Source: Poseidonia sp. (GTDB lineage: Archaea; Thermoplasmatota; Poseidoniia; Poseidoniales; Poseidoniaceae). Taken from it: DNA of 64,000 bases. The notes under the pieces are model-generated. The model was not told the DNA's origin. It did not search any database and was given only the letters and a program-made list of their open reading frames with translations. The stretch lies in NCBI GenBank assembly GCA_965661285.1, contig CBFIDD010000001.1, forward strand, positions 340,852 through 404,851, in the 5' to 3' direction. Shown one piece after another: positions 50,787 through 61,133 of the stretch (position 1 is the first letter of the stretch; each line of letters begins with the position of its first letter). The translations under genes were made by a program, and so were the position numbers.

Positions 50787-53700
50787 ATGTTTGAACTACC
50801 ATCAGGAACGCCCATCAACGAGACCATCACGTTGGAAGAAGGGGTGCTGCAGCCCTTCGCCCACGGCGCCATCTCCACCTACCTCGGGCGCCGAAAAACC
50901 CCCGCAGGCCATCGCCTTGTTCGTGGAGGCCGCATCGTGGGCTACCTCGCTGACGCCGAGGAAAAGAACACCCTTTTGGGTGGCGTGGAAGCGAAACTTC
51001 GACTGGAGCGGTTGGAAGGCGAGCAAAGATTCCGACATTATGCCTCATCTTACAGCATCGCTGAGCTGGGGAGTCTGGCAGAACTCGTACCCGAAGCCTT
51101 CGTTCACCAGGCTGACCGCCAGGGTCTGAAATCATCGACCAATGCCGTTGAACGCCTGCTTTCTCGCGACCTCTCAACGGTCATCCGCACGCTTGAGACC
51201 AACACCACGGTTCGAGGGGCGATGGCCATTGACAGCGGGATGCTCATCGACCATGTGGGCGACCTCCCCGGATTGGGTGAAGAGGAGCGCTTGGCCAGTG
51301 AACTTCACGAGATGATGACCGCCATGGGCGGACAGGACCTCCACAGCCAATGGGGCATGCAAGGGCAGAGCCACTGGACGCTCCACACCGAAAACGGCGC
51401 CCTGCTTCTCGCTCGCAGTGGCGAGATATCGCTCGCTGTTTGGACTGAAAAAGATGCGAACCACGCGCGCTTGCTCTCCTCCGCCTCCATCGCTTTGGAA
51501 GGCGACATCGTTGCAGCCGGCGCTCACGGCTCGAAGATGCCTGAAGGGTTCACACTGCGTGATGGCCGTGGCGGCCCTGACGCCGTCATTTCAATGTTGA
51601 AAGCCGGTCTTGAGGAGGCCGTGACCGGACATGTCCAGTCGGGCTCCTCCAGCAAAGCCGTATCGTTGGTGCTCTCACGAGGCGTCCCTGTGGCGCTCTG
51701 GTCTCCTGCTTTCAACACCGAAGAAGAAGCGATGATGGCACTGACCGAAGCCAAGCGTAAGGTCCAACTCATCCGATTCCCGGCAGGAACCATCGTATCC
51801 GCCGCCTCGGGCACCGTGGAATCGTTCACACTCGCTGGCTTCATCAAGTCGCTTGCCACCGTCCGAACACGTTCTGAAGCGCGTCAAGCCTCCCTCAAGA
51901 GCCTCCTCGATGACATGCTGGGTTTCCACGCAGGGCTCGAAACGTTGCAAAAGGAACGCGTGAAGATGGCGTTCAAGTCCGACGGAGCCGATGTCGCTGA
52001 GGCATTGCCCGTCATGCGGGACGAAGCGGTTGCAGCGGTCGACGCTGGCCTTCGACGGAAGTTGGAAAAAGCCGAGCACACCATCGACGAACTCAACAAG
52101 ACAAAAGCGGTGTTGGAAGGGCAACTCAAAGCGCTCGAGAAGAAGAAAGACGCTGCCCAAATCGTGGCTCGTGAAGCAGCCGAATCCCGGCAGGAAAACA
52201 CCACGGCACTGGAAGAGGCGCACGCTCAGTTGAACGCCATGCAGGTTGACCTTGCCCAAGCAAGAGGTCAATCGGAAGAAGCCGAAGCCCGTGCTGAACG
52301 GTTGGTTCGCCGTGTGAACGAGTTGGAGCATCAGGTCAGCGAACGTGCAGCTGAACTTGCCAGAGCGATCGGCGATGCCGAAAGCAGCGCCGAGTTGAAG
52401 CAAGCCATCGAAGCGTTGGCGCTGAAGGAAGCCGAATTGCAGGCCAATCTCGCTGAGGGAAGCGAACGTCTCGACACAATTCGAAAGCAAAGCGATGACG
52501 AAGAACGTCGATTGCGCGTGCTGAGCGAACAGGTGAACACCAGCCGAGAACGGCATGCTCGGGTTCAGGCCGACCTCATGACCGCGCAGGAACAGGTTCA
52601 CGTGAGCAATTTGGAACTCGAAGCCATCCGGACCGAAGAGAAACACGCTCGTCAACGCACCGAGGAAGACCGTGTGCGACGAGCGGAAGATGAGTCCCGT
52701 CGCGCAAATATTCAGGCTGAACTCCGAGAACTGATGGACGAACGCCGCCTAGTGCTTCGTGAGTTGGGTGATTTAGGTGCACGACGCGGTCATGCCGAAG
52801 CCGAACTTGCCTCGCTGGTCGACAAAGCCACGTCCCTGGCCGAAGCTCACGAAGAAGCGCTCGCCGACATTCAAGAAGCCGAGCGATTGCGAGCACGACT
52901 TGCTGAAGAGCCGCTTGCGCAAGCCTTGCTGGACGACAACAACACCTTCCAGGGTCTTGGGCCTGTGCTCGAACGGCTCGAACACGCTCGGGGCCTTGGC
53001 TATTCGGTCACCATGCTTGACCGGGCCGTTGAACGCGCGCTCCAGGTGATACAGAGCACGGTCGACCATGTGGCAGCGACACCCCGCCACCTCCTCTCCT
53101 CAGAAGTCATGACGCTGCTTGAGCGGCAGGTGCCCCAAACAGCGGGTGCCGTGCGGGGATTGGCCCGTTGGTCCGTGCAACAGCGTCTTGAGCAACAGCT
53201 TGGGGAAACCGTCAACCACGTGGTTGTTGATTTGGAGCATCTTCTCGAGGACTTTGACCGCTCCATCACCATGCTGCGACGCATTCGAAACGTGTTGGAA
53301 CAGGTTGAGCGCCTCGGTGCACCGTCCCACGAAGTGCACGCCCTGCTGGCCAATTGTCAGCGGCCTGAAGCCCTTCCGAGTTTGGCGCAGGGCACGAGAA
53401 AACTGATTCAAGTGGCCCTCGATGACATCTACCTTGAAGCCGACCAGCGTGATGCTGGCGAGGCCATCGGTTTGGAGGAAACGGCTCGGGTGCTCGAGGA
53501 ACTCATCACCCAATTGGACGCATCAGGCTTGACCGACGGTCGACCGAGCGGCATGATGTGGGACTTCCAACGTGATGGTTTGCTCCCCTTCGAGCGCGAA
53601 TCGATTCCTGCTGAGCAGCGGATACCCGTCAATGAAGCGATGCTCAACGACCTTGAACCGCACCTCGTCCACACCGAGGAAGTCTCGGTGGTCGACAACG

Positions 53701-53963
53701 TCAGCGAAACCGTGGACGACGAAGGGTGGGCTCCCCTGCCTCCGCCAGCGGACGATGATGAGCACCAGCACGAAGCAACGACCACCCCCTTCACACCCAG
53801 TTCAACCCCCGATGTGGACGATGAGCGAGCCGTGCTGGAAGCAGAACTGGCGCGTTTGGACGCCGAACGCAGCCATCGCATTGCCCACAACCCCGTTGAA
53901 GCACCCTCCAAAGACACGGCTCTCGCCGATTTGGAATCCAAACTTTCCGACCTTGACTTCTGA
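50787..53963 (+). CDS. Multidomain protein: DUF2226-like + Roadblock/LC7 + DUF2226-like + long coiled coil + acidic tail
   Basis: MFELPSG...GGRIVG...GVEA...PEAFV; internal VRGAMAIDSGMLI...TLHTENGALLLA...DANHARL; second MPEG...TGHV...SRGVPVA; heptads ~aa 360-720; no Walker A; AGGTGA SD. Confidence 0.7.
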   Translation: MFELPSGTPINETITLEEGVLQPFAHGAISTYLGRRKTPAGHRLVRGGRIVGYLADAEEKNTLLGGVEAKLRLERLEGEQRFRHYASSYSIAELGSLAELVPEAFVHQADRQGLKSSTNAVERLLSRDLSTVIRTLETNTTVRGAMAIDSGMLIDHVGDLPGLGEEERLASELHEMMTAMGGQDLHSQWGMQGQSHWTLHTENGALLLARSGEISLAVWTEKDANHARLLSSASIALEGDIVAAGAHGSKMPEGFTLRDGRGGPDAVISMLKAGLEEAVTGHVQSGSSSKAVSLVLSRGVPVALWSPAFNTEEEAMMALTEAKRKVQLIRFPAGTIVSAASGTVESFTLAGFIKSLATVRTRSEARQASLKSLLDDMLGFHAGLETLQKERVKMAFKSDGADVAEALPVMRDEAVAAVDAGLRRKLEKAEHTIDELNKTKAVLEGQLKALEKKKDAAQIVAREAAESRQENTTALEEAHAQLNAMQVDLAQARGQSEEAEARAERLVRRVNELEHQVSERAAELARAIGDAESSAELKQAIEALALKEAELQANLAEGSERLDTIRKQSDDEERRLRVLSEQVNTSRERHARVQADLMTAQEQVHVSNLELEAIRTEEKHARQRTEEDRVRRAEDESRRANIQAELRELMDERRLVLRELGDLGARRGHAEAELASLVDKATSLAEAHEEALADIQEAERLRARLAEEPLAQALLDDNNTFQGLGPVLERLEHARGLGYSVTMLDRAVERALQVIQSTVDHVAATPRHLLSSEVMTLLERQVPQTAGAVRGLARWSVQQRLEQQLGETVNHVVVDLEHLLEDFDRSITMLRRIRNVLEQVERLGAPSHEVHALLANCQRPEALPSLAQGTRKLIQVALDDIYLEADQRDAGEAIGLEETARVLEELITQLDASGLTDGRPSGMMWDFQRDGLLPFERESIPAEQRIPVNEAMLNDLEPHLVHTEEVSVVDNVSETVDDEGWAPLPPPADDDEHQHEATTTPFTPSSTPDVDDERAVLEAELARLDAERSHRIAHNPVEAPSKDTALADLESKLSDLDF

Positions 53964-54217
53964 TGATCGGTATGTCAGACGAGACGACCACACTCATGGG
54001 GCGTGAAGAAGTGCCCGGAAAACCGTATCCATTATGGATGGAACGCGTGTTTCTGCTGGCGGCTGTGGTGGCCTTTGTGTACACCCACTCGAGTGTAAAC
54101 GAAACGATGGCCCATGATGTGTTGGGCCCTCTTGTGGCCTACGTCCTCTATCCGCTGGCGTTGCTGGGTGCCGTTGAGATGGCTGGACGCTTGCTTCAAC
54201 GAAGCAGAACCTCATAG
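53963..54217 (+). CDS. Small 2-TM membrane protein
   Basis: TGATG overlap with the coiled-coil gene; two hydrophobic helices. Confidence 0.65.
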   Translation: MIGMSDETTTLMGREEVPGKPYPLWMERVFLLAAVVAFVYTHSSVNETMAHDVLGPLVAYVLYPLALLGAVEMAGRLLQRSRTS

Positions 54218-55429
54218 TTGGGTGAAGTCCTTTGTCTCCGGCTCGGGCGGGAGACGACTGGTGCGAGATTGAATGAACCCAATGACGCGCTGCCAGGGGA
54301 TGAAAAAGCGCAAAACCGCCATGATGCTCAAGAAGAGCAAGGCCGAAATCACGAGGCCGTAGGTGAGCGTCAGTTCGATCGATTCCGAGACCTGCCCCGC
54401 CCATTGGCTTCCGGTTGTATCCGATACGATGGTCAGTAACACCTTGTGGAAGCCCAAAGCAACCATGGTGGCGACGCCTGTCAACCCCAAGAACATGAAG
54501 GTGTGGCGAAGGTGCGTGTTGAGCACGTTGTCCATCTGGCGAACGTATTCCGGGTCTCGCTTGCACGATTCTGGCAGGCGGAAGGCATACTCGAGGTTGC
54601 GAATAACGCCGTAGCTCGCTTCTTGGAAGACCATGATGAGCACGGCGATGAGGATGAGATTGAACTGTTCCTGCGTCACGAGGTTAAGTCCAAACAAACC
54701 AATGGTCGGGTCCGAGGTTTGACTTTCCAACGTGGCAAGCGTCCCCCCGTAGGCACCCAGTTGAGACTTGATGAGCGGGAAGGTGAGAATGGCGTGGATA
54801 CCGAGGAACAACAGGGTGAAGCCGATGGCCCAGGCGATGGATCTGCGAGAAAGGCCCCAGATACCTCGTGTTCCCATGATAACAGGAAGGAGATAGATGA
54901 AGAGAATCATCAACGACATGATCATCAGAAGCGGCCACTGAAGCGTCTCCAATTCTGCGTCGGTAGGAAGGCGTAAGTCAAAGGAAAACAGCATGCCGGC
55001 GAACCACGAAAGGACGAGGCGCCCGACGAGCAACACGATGAGGCCCACGATGAAACCCAGTTTGATGCGCTGTTGCACCTTTGGGGATTGGAAGGCGATG
55101 AGCGCCATCGTGCCTCCGAGGCTCAATCCCAAAACGAGCGGGACGAAGAAGCGAGCCATGCCGCTGCGCCCTTCACCGGTCAACCAGTCGCCCAACGGGA
55201 GCTGGTCGGAGATCAACAACTCAATGGAATCGAACACAATGGTGTGGTCAATGGAGCCGACAACGTAGGTGGAGACCACCTCAAGGTACATCCCGATAAG
55301 GGCGACCGTGGCGATGACCTGAAGGGCGAGAATTTGCCACTGGCGTCGAAGGTTCTTCAGATGGAGCGTGCGTGGTTTCGCCGCCCCGTCGAGGTAGACG
55401 TCCGATTGGAGACCGACTTCGCCTGCCAT
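54212..55429 (-). CDS. Hypothetical polytopic membrane protein
   Basis: About 8 TM helices; starts 1 nt after DUF58 stop. Confidence 0.75.
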   Translation of the reverse strand: MAGEVGLQSDVYLDGAAKPRTLHLKNLRRQWQILALQVIATVALIGMYLEVVSTYVVGSIDHTIVFDSIELLISDQLPLGDWLTGEGRSGMARFFVPLVLGLSLGGTMALIAFQSPKVQQRIKLGFIVGLIVLLVGRLVLSWFAGMLFSFDLRLPTDAELETLQWPLLMIMSLMILFIYLLPVIMGTRGIWGLSRRSIAWAIGFTLLFLGIHAILTFPLIKSQLGAYGGTLATLESQTSDPTIGLFGLNLVTQEQFNLILIAVLIMVFQEASYGVIRNLEYAFRLPESCKRDPEYVRQMDNVLNTHLRHTFMFLGLTGVATMVALGFHKVLLTIVSDTTGSQWAGQVSESIELTLTYGLVISALLFLSIMAVLRFFIPWQRVIGFIQSRTSRLPPEPETKDFTQL

Positions 55430-55430
55430 C

Positions 55431-56684
55431 TCAATACCCCCTCACCTGCATCAACGCTTGCGACAAATCCATGTCCGGCATCCAATCAATCACCTGAGCA
55501 CCCGAGCCCGCCAAGGTCGTCAAACGGTTTTGTCGCTCAAGTTTCAACACCTCATAGGACATGCGTGGGATGCGGCTGACGAGGCGCTCGAAATCAACAC
55601 TTGAGGGCGAAAGGACGGTGACCTCATGCCCTCGGCCAACCAAGTCTCGAACGGCTGCGGGAACGGTACCGTCGCCCTCACACGAGGAGATGATGAACAC
55701 GGGGCTGCCCCGACTAAAACGCCCGCTTAGCGAATTGGTCACGGCCTGCAGCGGCATGGCGCCTTGGGGGCGAACGCCAGCAAGCGCACTGAGGATCTTG
55801 AAGTACTGCTTGTCCCCGGTGTCGGGAGGCAAATACGAGAGTTTCTCATCGTAAATGGCCAGCGCTACCGAATCTCGTCGCTTCAAGAAAAAGGCAGCAA
55901 GGCTGGCGGCAGAAACCGTACCCATCTCGAGGGGATTCTTCAGCACGGTTCCGATTCGGGCCAAGTCTCGACTGTCAAGAATGAGGTAGAGGTCGGTGAC
56001 AGCATCGCGACATTTCTCGTTGACCATGAGGTCGCCGGTCCTTGCGAAGGCTTTCCAATTGATGTTCTTGAAGGGGTCACCGGGAACATATTCTCGCAGA
56101 GAATAGAATTCAGACCCCTGGCCGGGCGTGCGCAAGGTGGTTGCGCCCGTGTACATCTTGGGCGTTCGACTTCGCAGGAAGGCTTCCTCAATGTCCTTGA
56201 TTTGGGGGAAGATGACGATGTCGCTGTGGTGGTCGACGTACATCTCCTCAACGCCGAGATTGAAGGTGTTGCGAGCACGCAGGGAGACCGGGCCGATGGA
56301 ATAGTGGCCTCGTAGCGGGCAGCGCAACACGTAGCGGATACGTGCACTTTCCCCTGGCTTGAGATTCAATTGCATTTGGTTCAGTCCGCTGCGCAATTTC
56401 ATCTCGTGAGGAATGTTATCATAGATGTCGAGCATCTGTGTTTTACGATTGCTTCGGTTGGTCACCAGCAATTCGACGTACAGGTCGTCGCCCTTGTACA
56501 GGTTGTCAGCAGACAGCGTGCGCTGCACCTCGACATCGCCGTGGCCAGAAATCCACGAATTCACCACGATGAAGGCGATGAGCGTGAGACCGAGGATCAT
56601 CATTTGTTGATTGGAAATCATCATTCCAATCAGCACCAACGCAATGCCGCCGGTGAACGTGAACGCTGCCTTACGTGTCCACAT
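55431..56684 (-). CDS. DUF58 domain (vWA-like, MoxR-associated) protein
   Basis: RGHYSIGP, GQGSEFYSLREYVPGDPFKNINWKAFARTGDLMVNE. Confidence 0.92.
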   Translation of the reverse strand: MWTRKAAFTFTGGIALVLIGMMISNQQMMILGLTLIAFIVVNSWISGHGDVEVQRTLSADNLYKGDDLYVELLVTNRSNRKTQMLDIYDNIPHEMKLRSGLNQMQLNLKPGESARIRYVLRCPLRGHYSIGPVSLRARNTFNLGVEEMYVDHHSDIVIFPQIKDIEEAFLRSRTPKMYTGATTLRTPGQGSEFYSLREYVPGDPFKNINWKAFARTGDLMVNEKCRDAVTDLYLILDSRDLARIGTVLKNPLEMGTVSAASLAAFFLKRRDSVALAIYDEKLSYLPPDTGDKQYFKILSALAGVRPQGAMPLQAVTNSLSGRFSRGSPVFIISSCEGDGTVPAAVRDLVGRGHEVTVLSPSSVDFERLVSRIPRMSYEVLKLERQNRLTTLAGSGAQVIDWMPDMDLSQALMQVRGY

Positions 56685-56693
56685 CTTCTCACC

Positions 56694-58316
56694 TCACTGG
56701 CGTCCCCACGCCTTGATGCGTTTTACCAGCGCCACGGTTTGTTCAAGCGTGTATTTATTGCTGGATTCAACGGCAAACTTTGCAAGCACGGGGTCGTTGA
56801 TCATCGACACCAACTCATTGGCCTTCATCGCTTGGAATTCTTCCCTGTTCAATCCGTTTTGATTGCGAACCTTTGACAGGAAGACTTGACGAATCTTTTC
56901 CACTTTGGAGTAGTACGCATAGCGATTTGCGTCCCCGAATCCGTAGTAAATGATGCTGAAGACATGGCGCCACGGTTCCGGGTCTCGTTTCTTGATGAGC
57001 ACCGCTTCAAACGTGATGAAGAGAATGAGGAACAGCACGAGCATGGCCAAGCCTTCGCCGGTGAAATAGACCAGGAGGAAATACACCATGTTGTACGAAT
57101 CGGCGGCAAGAGCGCTTTGTGGATGGCGAGATTCGTCAAAAATGACCATGGCGTTCTCGGCCGGTTCACCCACTTCATCCACACGTTCACTCATCAGCGC
57201 CTCTGCGACGAAATCAAGCGCCCACTTTCGGTTATCATTGGCCGGCATGAGGGTGTCGGTCGGCCCGTAATTGCCCTCGTTGAACCCTTCGTAGTCGTAC
57301 ATGGCGTTGATGAGCGCCGACCCGTCGGCCACGAAGACGATGCGTCCACCGTCAGCGGGTGAACAGCTCGCTCGAGCGCAGGCTTCGATACTGAGATTGA
57401 ATTGCCCCCATCGGTCGGGTGTTTCCGGGGTAATCTCGTTGCCAACCCAGATTTCACCGTCGCCGTTGACGTCAACCGTCGCCTCGTTGCTGGTCAAGGC
57501 ACGAACGGCGATTTCAGAGAGCGGGCCACGGACGCCGGGAATGACCTCCAGTCCGGTGATGTTGTTGAGCAGGAGTTGGTAGGTGCCGTTGTAGTCAACG
57601 CGTCCGTTGATCATGTGTTGCTCACAAAGCGGTGCTTCTCCGGGAACAAAGTTTTGCTCGTCGAGTTTTGAACAGGGATGTTCTCCGGGGCCACCAACCT
57701 GAGCCCAACGTTCGTGCGTTGAGAGCGTGGACGGGTCAAGTTGGGTCCCGTTCATCCCGCACGGATTGTTCTGGATACACATCCAGACGTAATTGAAATC
57801 CAACTCGGTCGCATAGGTGGTGTCGTACACTTGCTCGCCGGTGTATCGGATGCCAAAGGCTTCGGCGATGGTGTTGGCGTAACCGTAATCTTCGAAGACC
57901 ATGGCCGTCCCCCCAGCCTCCACAAACTCAACGATGGCGTTGATTTCCGAAGGTGAATAGCCTGCTCCTGAGGCGACGGTGATGAAGCCATCATCGTCAA
58001 ACTGGGGCAAAGAAAGGGTGTCCCGCTCAACGCCTGCCAGCACGTACGTCGTGTTGCGTGGGTCCTCAATATCAGCGAGGAGAAGCGGACTGCTGACCAG
58101 CGAACGGGTTTCGATGCCCATGGCCTTGATGTCGTCCCGGAAGGCCGACATGTCGTTCCAATCATCGTCGTAGGCCGAAAGTTGGTTGGTGGCGCTGAGG
58201 TTGATAAAGTTCAGGAGAATCGTCATCAGCAAAATGAGCATGACCGCCCAGAACGACGCTTGAAGGGCCAGCCTTCGAGCATTGAAATTGGCGGGGAGGC
58301 CCAACATAGGAATCAC
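56694..58316 (-). CDS. DUF4350-like membrane-anchored extracellular protein
   Basis: N-terminal TM, SAYDDDWNDMSAF, YSPSEINAIVEFVEAGG, GRIVFVADGSALINAM, IFDESRH, second TM. Confidence 0.75.
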   Translation of the reverse strand: MIPMLGLPANFNARRLALQASFWAVMLILLMTILLNFINLSATNQLSAYDDDWNDMSAFRDDIKAMGIETRSLVSSPLLLADIEDPRNTTYVLAGVERDTLSLPQFDDDGFITVASGAGYSPSEINAIVEFVEAGGTAMVFEDYGYANTIAEAFGIRYTGEQVYDTTYATELDFNYVWMCIQNNPCGMNGTQLDPSTLSTHERWAQVGGPGEHPCSKLDEQNFVPGEAPLCEQHMINGRVDYNGTYQLLLNNITGLEVIPGVRGPLSEIAVRALTSNEATVDVNGDGEIWVGNEITPETPDRWGQFNLSIEACARASCSPADGGRIVFVADGSALINAMYDYEGFNEGNYGPTDTLMPANDNRKWALDFVAEALMSERVDEVGEPAENAMVIFDESRHPQSALAADSYNMVYFLLVYFTGEGLAMLVLFLILFITFEAVLIKKRDPEPWRHVFSIIYYGFGDANRYAYYSKVEKIRQVFLSKVRNQNGLNREEFQAMKANELVSMINDPVLAKFAVESSNKYTLEQTVALVKRIKAWGRQ

Positions 58317-58409
58317 TGGGAAAGGTTTCCCAGCCTTCCACGGCCCATGATGACTTTAGAAGGTTGTCCACTCCAGTTGGGAAAATGCTCATGCCAGCAT
58401 CGCGTGAAC

Positions 58410-58658
58410 TCACGTATTGAGATGTATTTTTTCAGCGATACGGGCGACGGCTGTGCTGGGAATGTTCACGAGTCTGCCAACGTGGTCAAACGGAAGGATG
58501 CTGGGGTCGATATCGGCTTCAACTTGAACCACCAATTCGCTGAGAAGACCGGTGTTCAGGTCAACGTGCATGTCGGTGAGCACGCCCATGGGGACACCGG
58601 CTTTGTCAACGACCGTGTTTCCGAGGATTTCTCGACCAAAAATCGCCACGGCACCCAA
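58410..58658 (-). CDS. PRC-barrel domain protein (CdpB-like)
   Basis: EILGNTVVDKAGVPMGVLTDMHVDLNTGLLSELVV...VNIPSTAVARI; ~80 aa single PRC barrel. Confidence 0.85.
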   Translation of the reverse strand: MGAVAIFGREILGNTVVDKAGVPMGVLTDMHVDLNTGLLSELVVQVEADIDPSILPFDHVGRLVNIPSTAVARIAEKIHLNT

Positions 58659-58716
58659 CTCCTTGTTGCCCTTGGAGGGCTGGAATCACATCAATGCGTC
58701 GGTGGCTTGGAGGGCC

Positions 58717-60945
58717 TCACATCGTTTCGATGCCGCGGCTGAAGTCTCGGTTTCGCTTGATGTTGGTCAAGCCCGAAGTCAGGCGAGTTTCCATCTTTTG
58801 GTAGTACTCCAGCATGTCAGGCGTGACGGTGGGTCGTACCCTCGAGATGGCCTCTTCAAAGTGGGACTTGTTGACCTTCTTCTTGCCAGCACGCATGCAG
58901 ATAAGCGCCGCTTCTCGGCAGACGGCTTCGATATCGGCACCGGTGAACCCGTCCATACCTGTCAGGATATCCTTGAAGGAGAATTTACCCAACGGCATAC
59001 CTTCACTGTGGATTTTGAAAATCGATTCCCGTGCACCAGCATCGGGCGGTGGGACGTGAAGAACACGCTCAAAGCGACCGCTTCGCAGCAGTGCAGGGTC
59101 GATCATCTCGGGTCGGTTCGTCGCCGCAACGATGATGACGCCATCGAGCGATTCAACGCCGTCCATGCTCGCCAGCAACTGGTTCACGACACGGTTGCCG
59201 ACGTCGCTGCCCTCGGAAGCGCTTCCGCCACTGCGCATCGACGCAATGGACTCGAATTCATCCAGGAAAATAATCGAAGGGGCGGATTGCTTGGCCTTCT
59301 TGAAAATCTCTCGAATGGCCCGCTCGGATTCTCCGACCCATTTGGAGATGAGTTCAGGTCCTTTGATGCTGATGAAATTGGCTTGAGCCTCATTTGCGAT
59401 GGCTTTGGCGAGGAGGGTCTTCCCCGTACCGGGCGCACCGAACAGGACGATGCCTCGGGGGGGCTTGATGCCGAAGTGCTCGAAGAGTTCAGGTTTGGTC
59501 AACGGCCACTCAACCGACTCCTTGAGCCTGTCTTTCACCTCTTGGAGGCCGCCAACTTCGGACCAGCCAACTTCGGGAACCTCGACGTAAATTTCGCGCA
59601 GGGCTGAGGGCTCGATGTCTCGAATAGCCTCCTTGAAATCATCCATGCAGACTTCCATCTTTTCCAGCACTTCGGGAGGAAGGGTTTCCTCGTCGAGGTC
59701 AATTTCGGGCAGATAGCGCCGTAGAGCACGCATGGCCGCTTCTCGAACGAGCGCTGCAAGGTCGGCACCGACAAACCCGTAGGTGTTGTCAAGCACCCAA
59801 GCGATGTCGAAATCGTCCGCAATGGGCATCTGGCGAGTGTGAACGTCCATGATTTCGCTGCGACCTTCACGGTCAGGAACGCCGATCTCAATTTCACGGT
59901 CAAAGCGGCCAGGTCGTCGAAGCGCAGGGTCAAGGGCGTCTCGTCGGTTGGTGGCGCCGATGACGACGACATTGTCGCGCCCCTGCATCCCGTCCATCAG
60001 CGTCAGCATCTGAGCGACAACACGACGTTCAACTTCTCCTGTCACATCTTCACGTTTGGGACATATCGAATCGATTTCGTCGATGAACACGATGGCTGGG
60101 GCATTATCAGCGGCTTCGTCAAAAATTTCGCGGAGCTGCTTTTCGGATTCTCCGTAGTACTTCGAGATGATTTCCGGCCCGTTGATGCTCTTGAAGTGAG
60201 CGTTGACTTCGGTGGCGACCGCTTTGGCGATCATCGTCTTTCCCGTTCCCGGAGGCCCGTGGAGCAGAACACCTTTGGGCGGGTCAATGCCCAGTCTTCG
60301 GAACAACTCTGGGTGCTTGAGCGGCAGCTCAATCATCTCACGAACCTTCAGCAATTGCTGACCGATACCGCCCACGTCTTCGTAGGTGATGCCTTCCGAC
60401 TGACCCACGTCCTCTTCGGCGACCGCCTCGTCTTTGATGACAATCTCCGTATCGGTGGTTACGACAACGATGCCTTTGGGCACCGTTTGGACGACGGCAA
60501 AGGGCAACGCTTCAGCAAAGAGGGTCATGCCGGGAATGAAAATTCGGTCGCCTGCGACCACAGGTCGCTTGGCGAGGCCTCGCTTCGCGAAGCCCTCGAT
60601 GCCCGGCCCAAACTTGACTTTCTGCTTGTTGGCCATCACCGGGGAGATGGTCAATTTCTTGCACTCCTGGGCCTTGACTTTTCGCACCGTGACTCGGTCG
60701 CCAAGACTGACGCCAGCGTTTTTTCTGATGATGCCGTCCATTCTAATGATGTCCATTTTTGCATCTTCAGGGCGACTGCGCCAGTAAATGGCGGCGGTTG
60801 AACGCTCCTCTCCGCTGATTTCAACGAAGTCGCCTGGCTTCAGGTCAAGGCCCATTTCCGAGGAAATTCGAGCCCTGCCAAACCCCACGTCTGAGGGGAT
60901 GGCCTTGGATACGCGTAGTTCAATGGTGTCGTCTTTGTCTGCCAT
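58717..60945 (-). CDS. cdc48: CDC48/VAT family AAA+ ATPase
   Basis: N-domain plus two AAA modules: [25 protein letters not shown] and [24 protein letters not shown]. Confidence 0.96.
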   Translation of the reverse strand: MADKDDTIELRVSKAIPSDVGFGRARISSEMGLDLKPGDFVEISGEERSTAAIYWRSRPEDAKMDIIRMDGIIRKNAGVSLGDRVTVRKVKAQECKKLTISPVMANKQKVKFGPGIEGFAKRGLAKRPVVAGDRIFIPGMTLFAEALPFAVVQTVPKGIVVVTTDTEIVIKDEAVAEEDVGQSEGITYEDVGGIGQQLLKVREMIELPLKHPELFRRLGIDPPKGVLLHGPPGTGKTMIAKAVATEVNAHFKSINGPEIISKYYGESEKQLREIFDEAADNAPAIVFIDEIDSICPKREDVTGEVERRVVAQMLTLMDGMQGRDNVVVIGATNRRDALDPALRRPGRFDREIEIGVPDREGRSEIMDVHTRQMPIADDFDIAWVLDNTYGFVGADLAALVREAAMRALRRYLPEIDLDEETLPPEVLEKMEVCMDDFKEAIRDIEPSALREIYVEVPEVGWSEVGGLQEVKDRLKESVEWPLTKPELFEHFGIKPPRGIVLFGAPGTGKTLLAKAIANEAQANFISIKGPELISKWVGESERAIREIFKKAKQSAPSIIFLDEFESIASMRSGGSASEGSDVGNRVVNQLLASMDGVESLDGVIIVAATNRPEMIDPALLRSGRFERVLHVPPPDAGARESIFKIHSEGMPLGKFSFKDILTGMDGFTGADIEAVCREAALICMRAGKKKVNKSHFEEAISRVRPTVTPDMLEYYQKMETRLTSGLTNIKRNRDFSRGIETM

Positions 60946-60964
60946 GGTGCTCCCTCTCGTTATC

Positions 60965-60998
60965 AATGAACATTCAACGGTATATAATGAAATTCAAC
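60965..60998 (-). promoter_or_regulatory. cdc48 promoter: TATA box flanked by direct repeats AATGAA(C)ATTCAAC
   Basis: Plus strand AATGAACATTCAACGGTATATAATGAAATTCAAC; TTATATA on minus strand ~36 nt upstream of ATG. Confidence 0.6.
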
Positions 60999-61133
60999 CC
61001 GTCCCTTGACTTGCTTGCAAGGTCCAATAGGGCAGGGCCATTTTAAACCCGTTCCACCACCTTCTTGAACCTCGAAAACACATCCAATCTTCGAGTCCAT
61101 CACATTCAAGAGACGCCTTTTGTTGGCCAAACC

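Noticed and set aside
50787-53963. SMC/Rad50 annotation of the coiled-coil protein
   Set aside because: No Walker A/B, ABC signature, hinge or Zn-hook motif.
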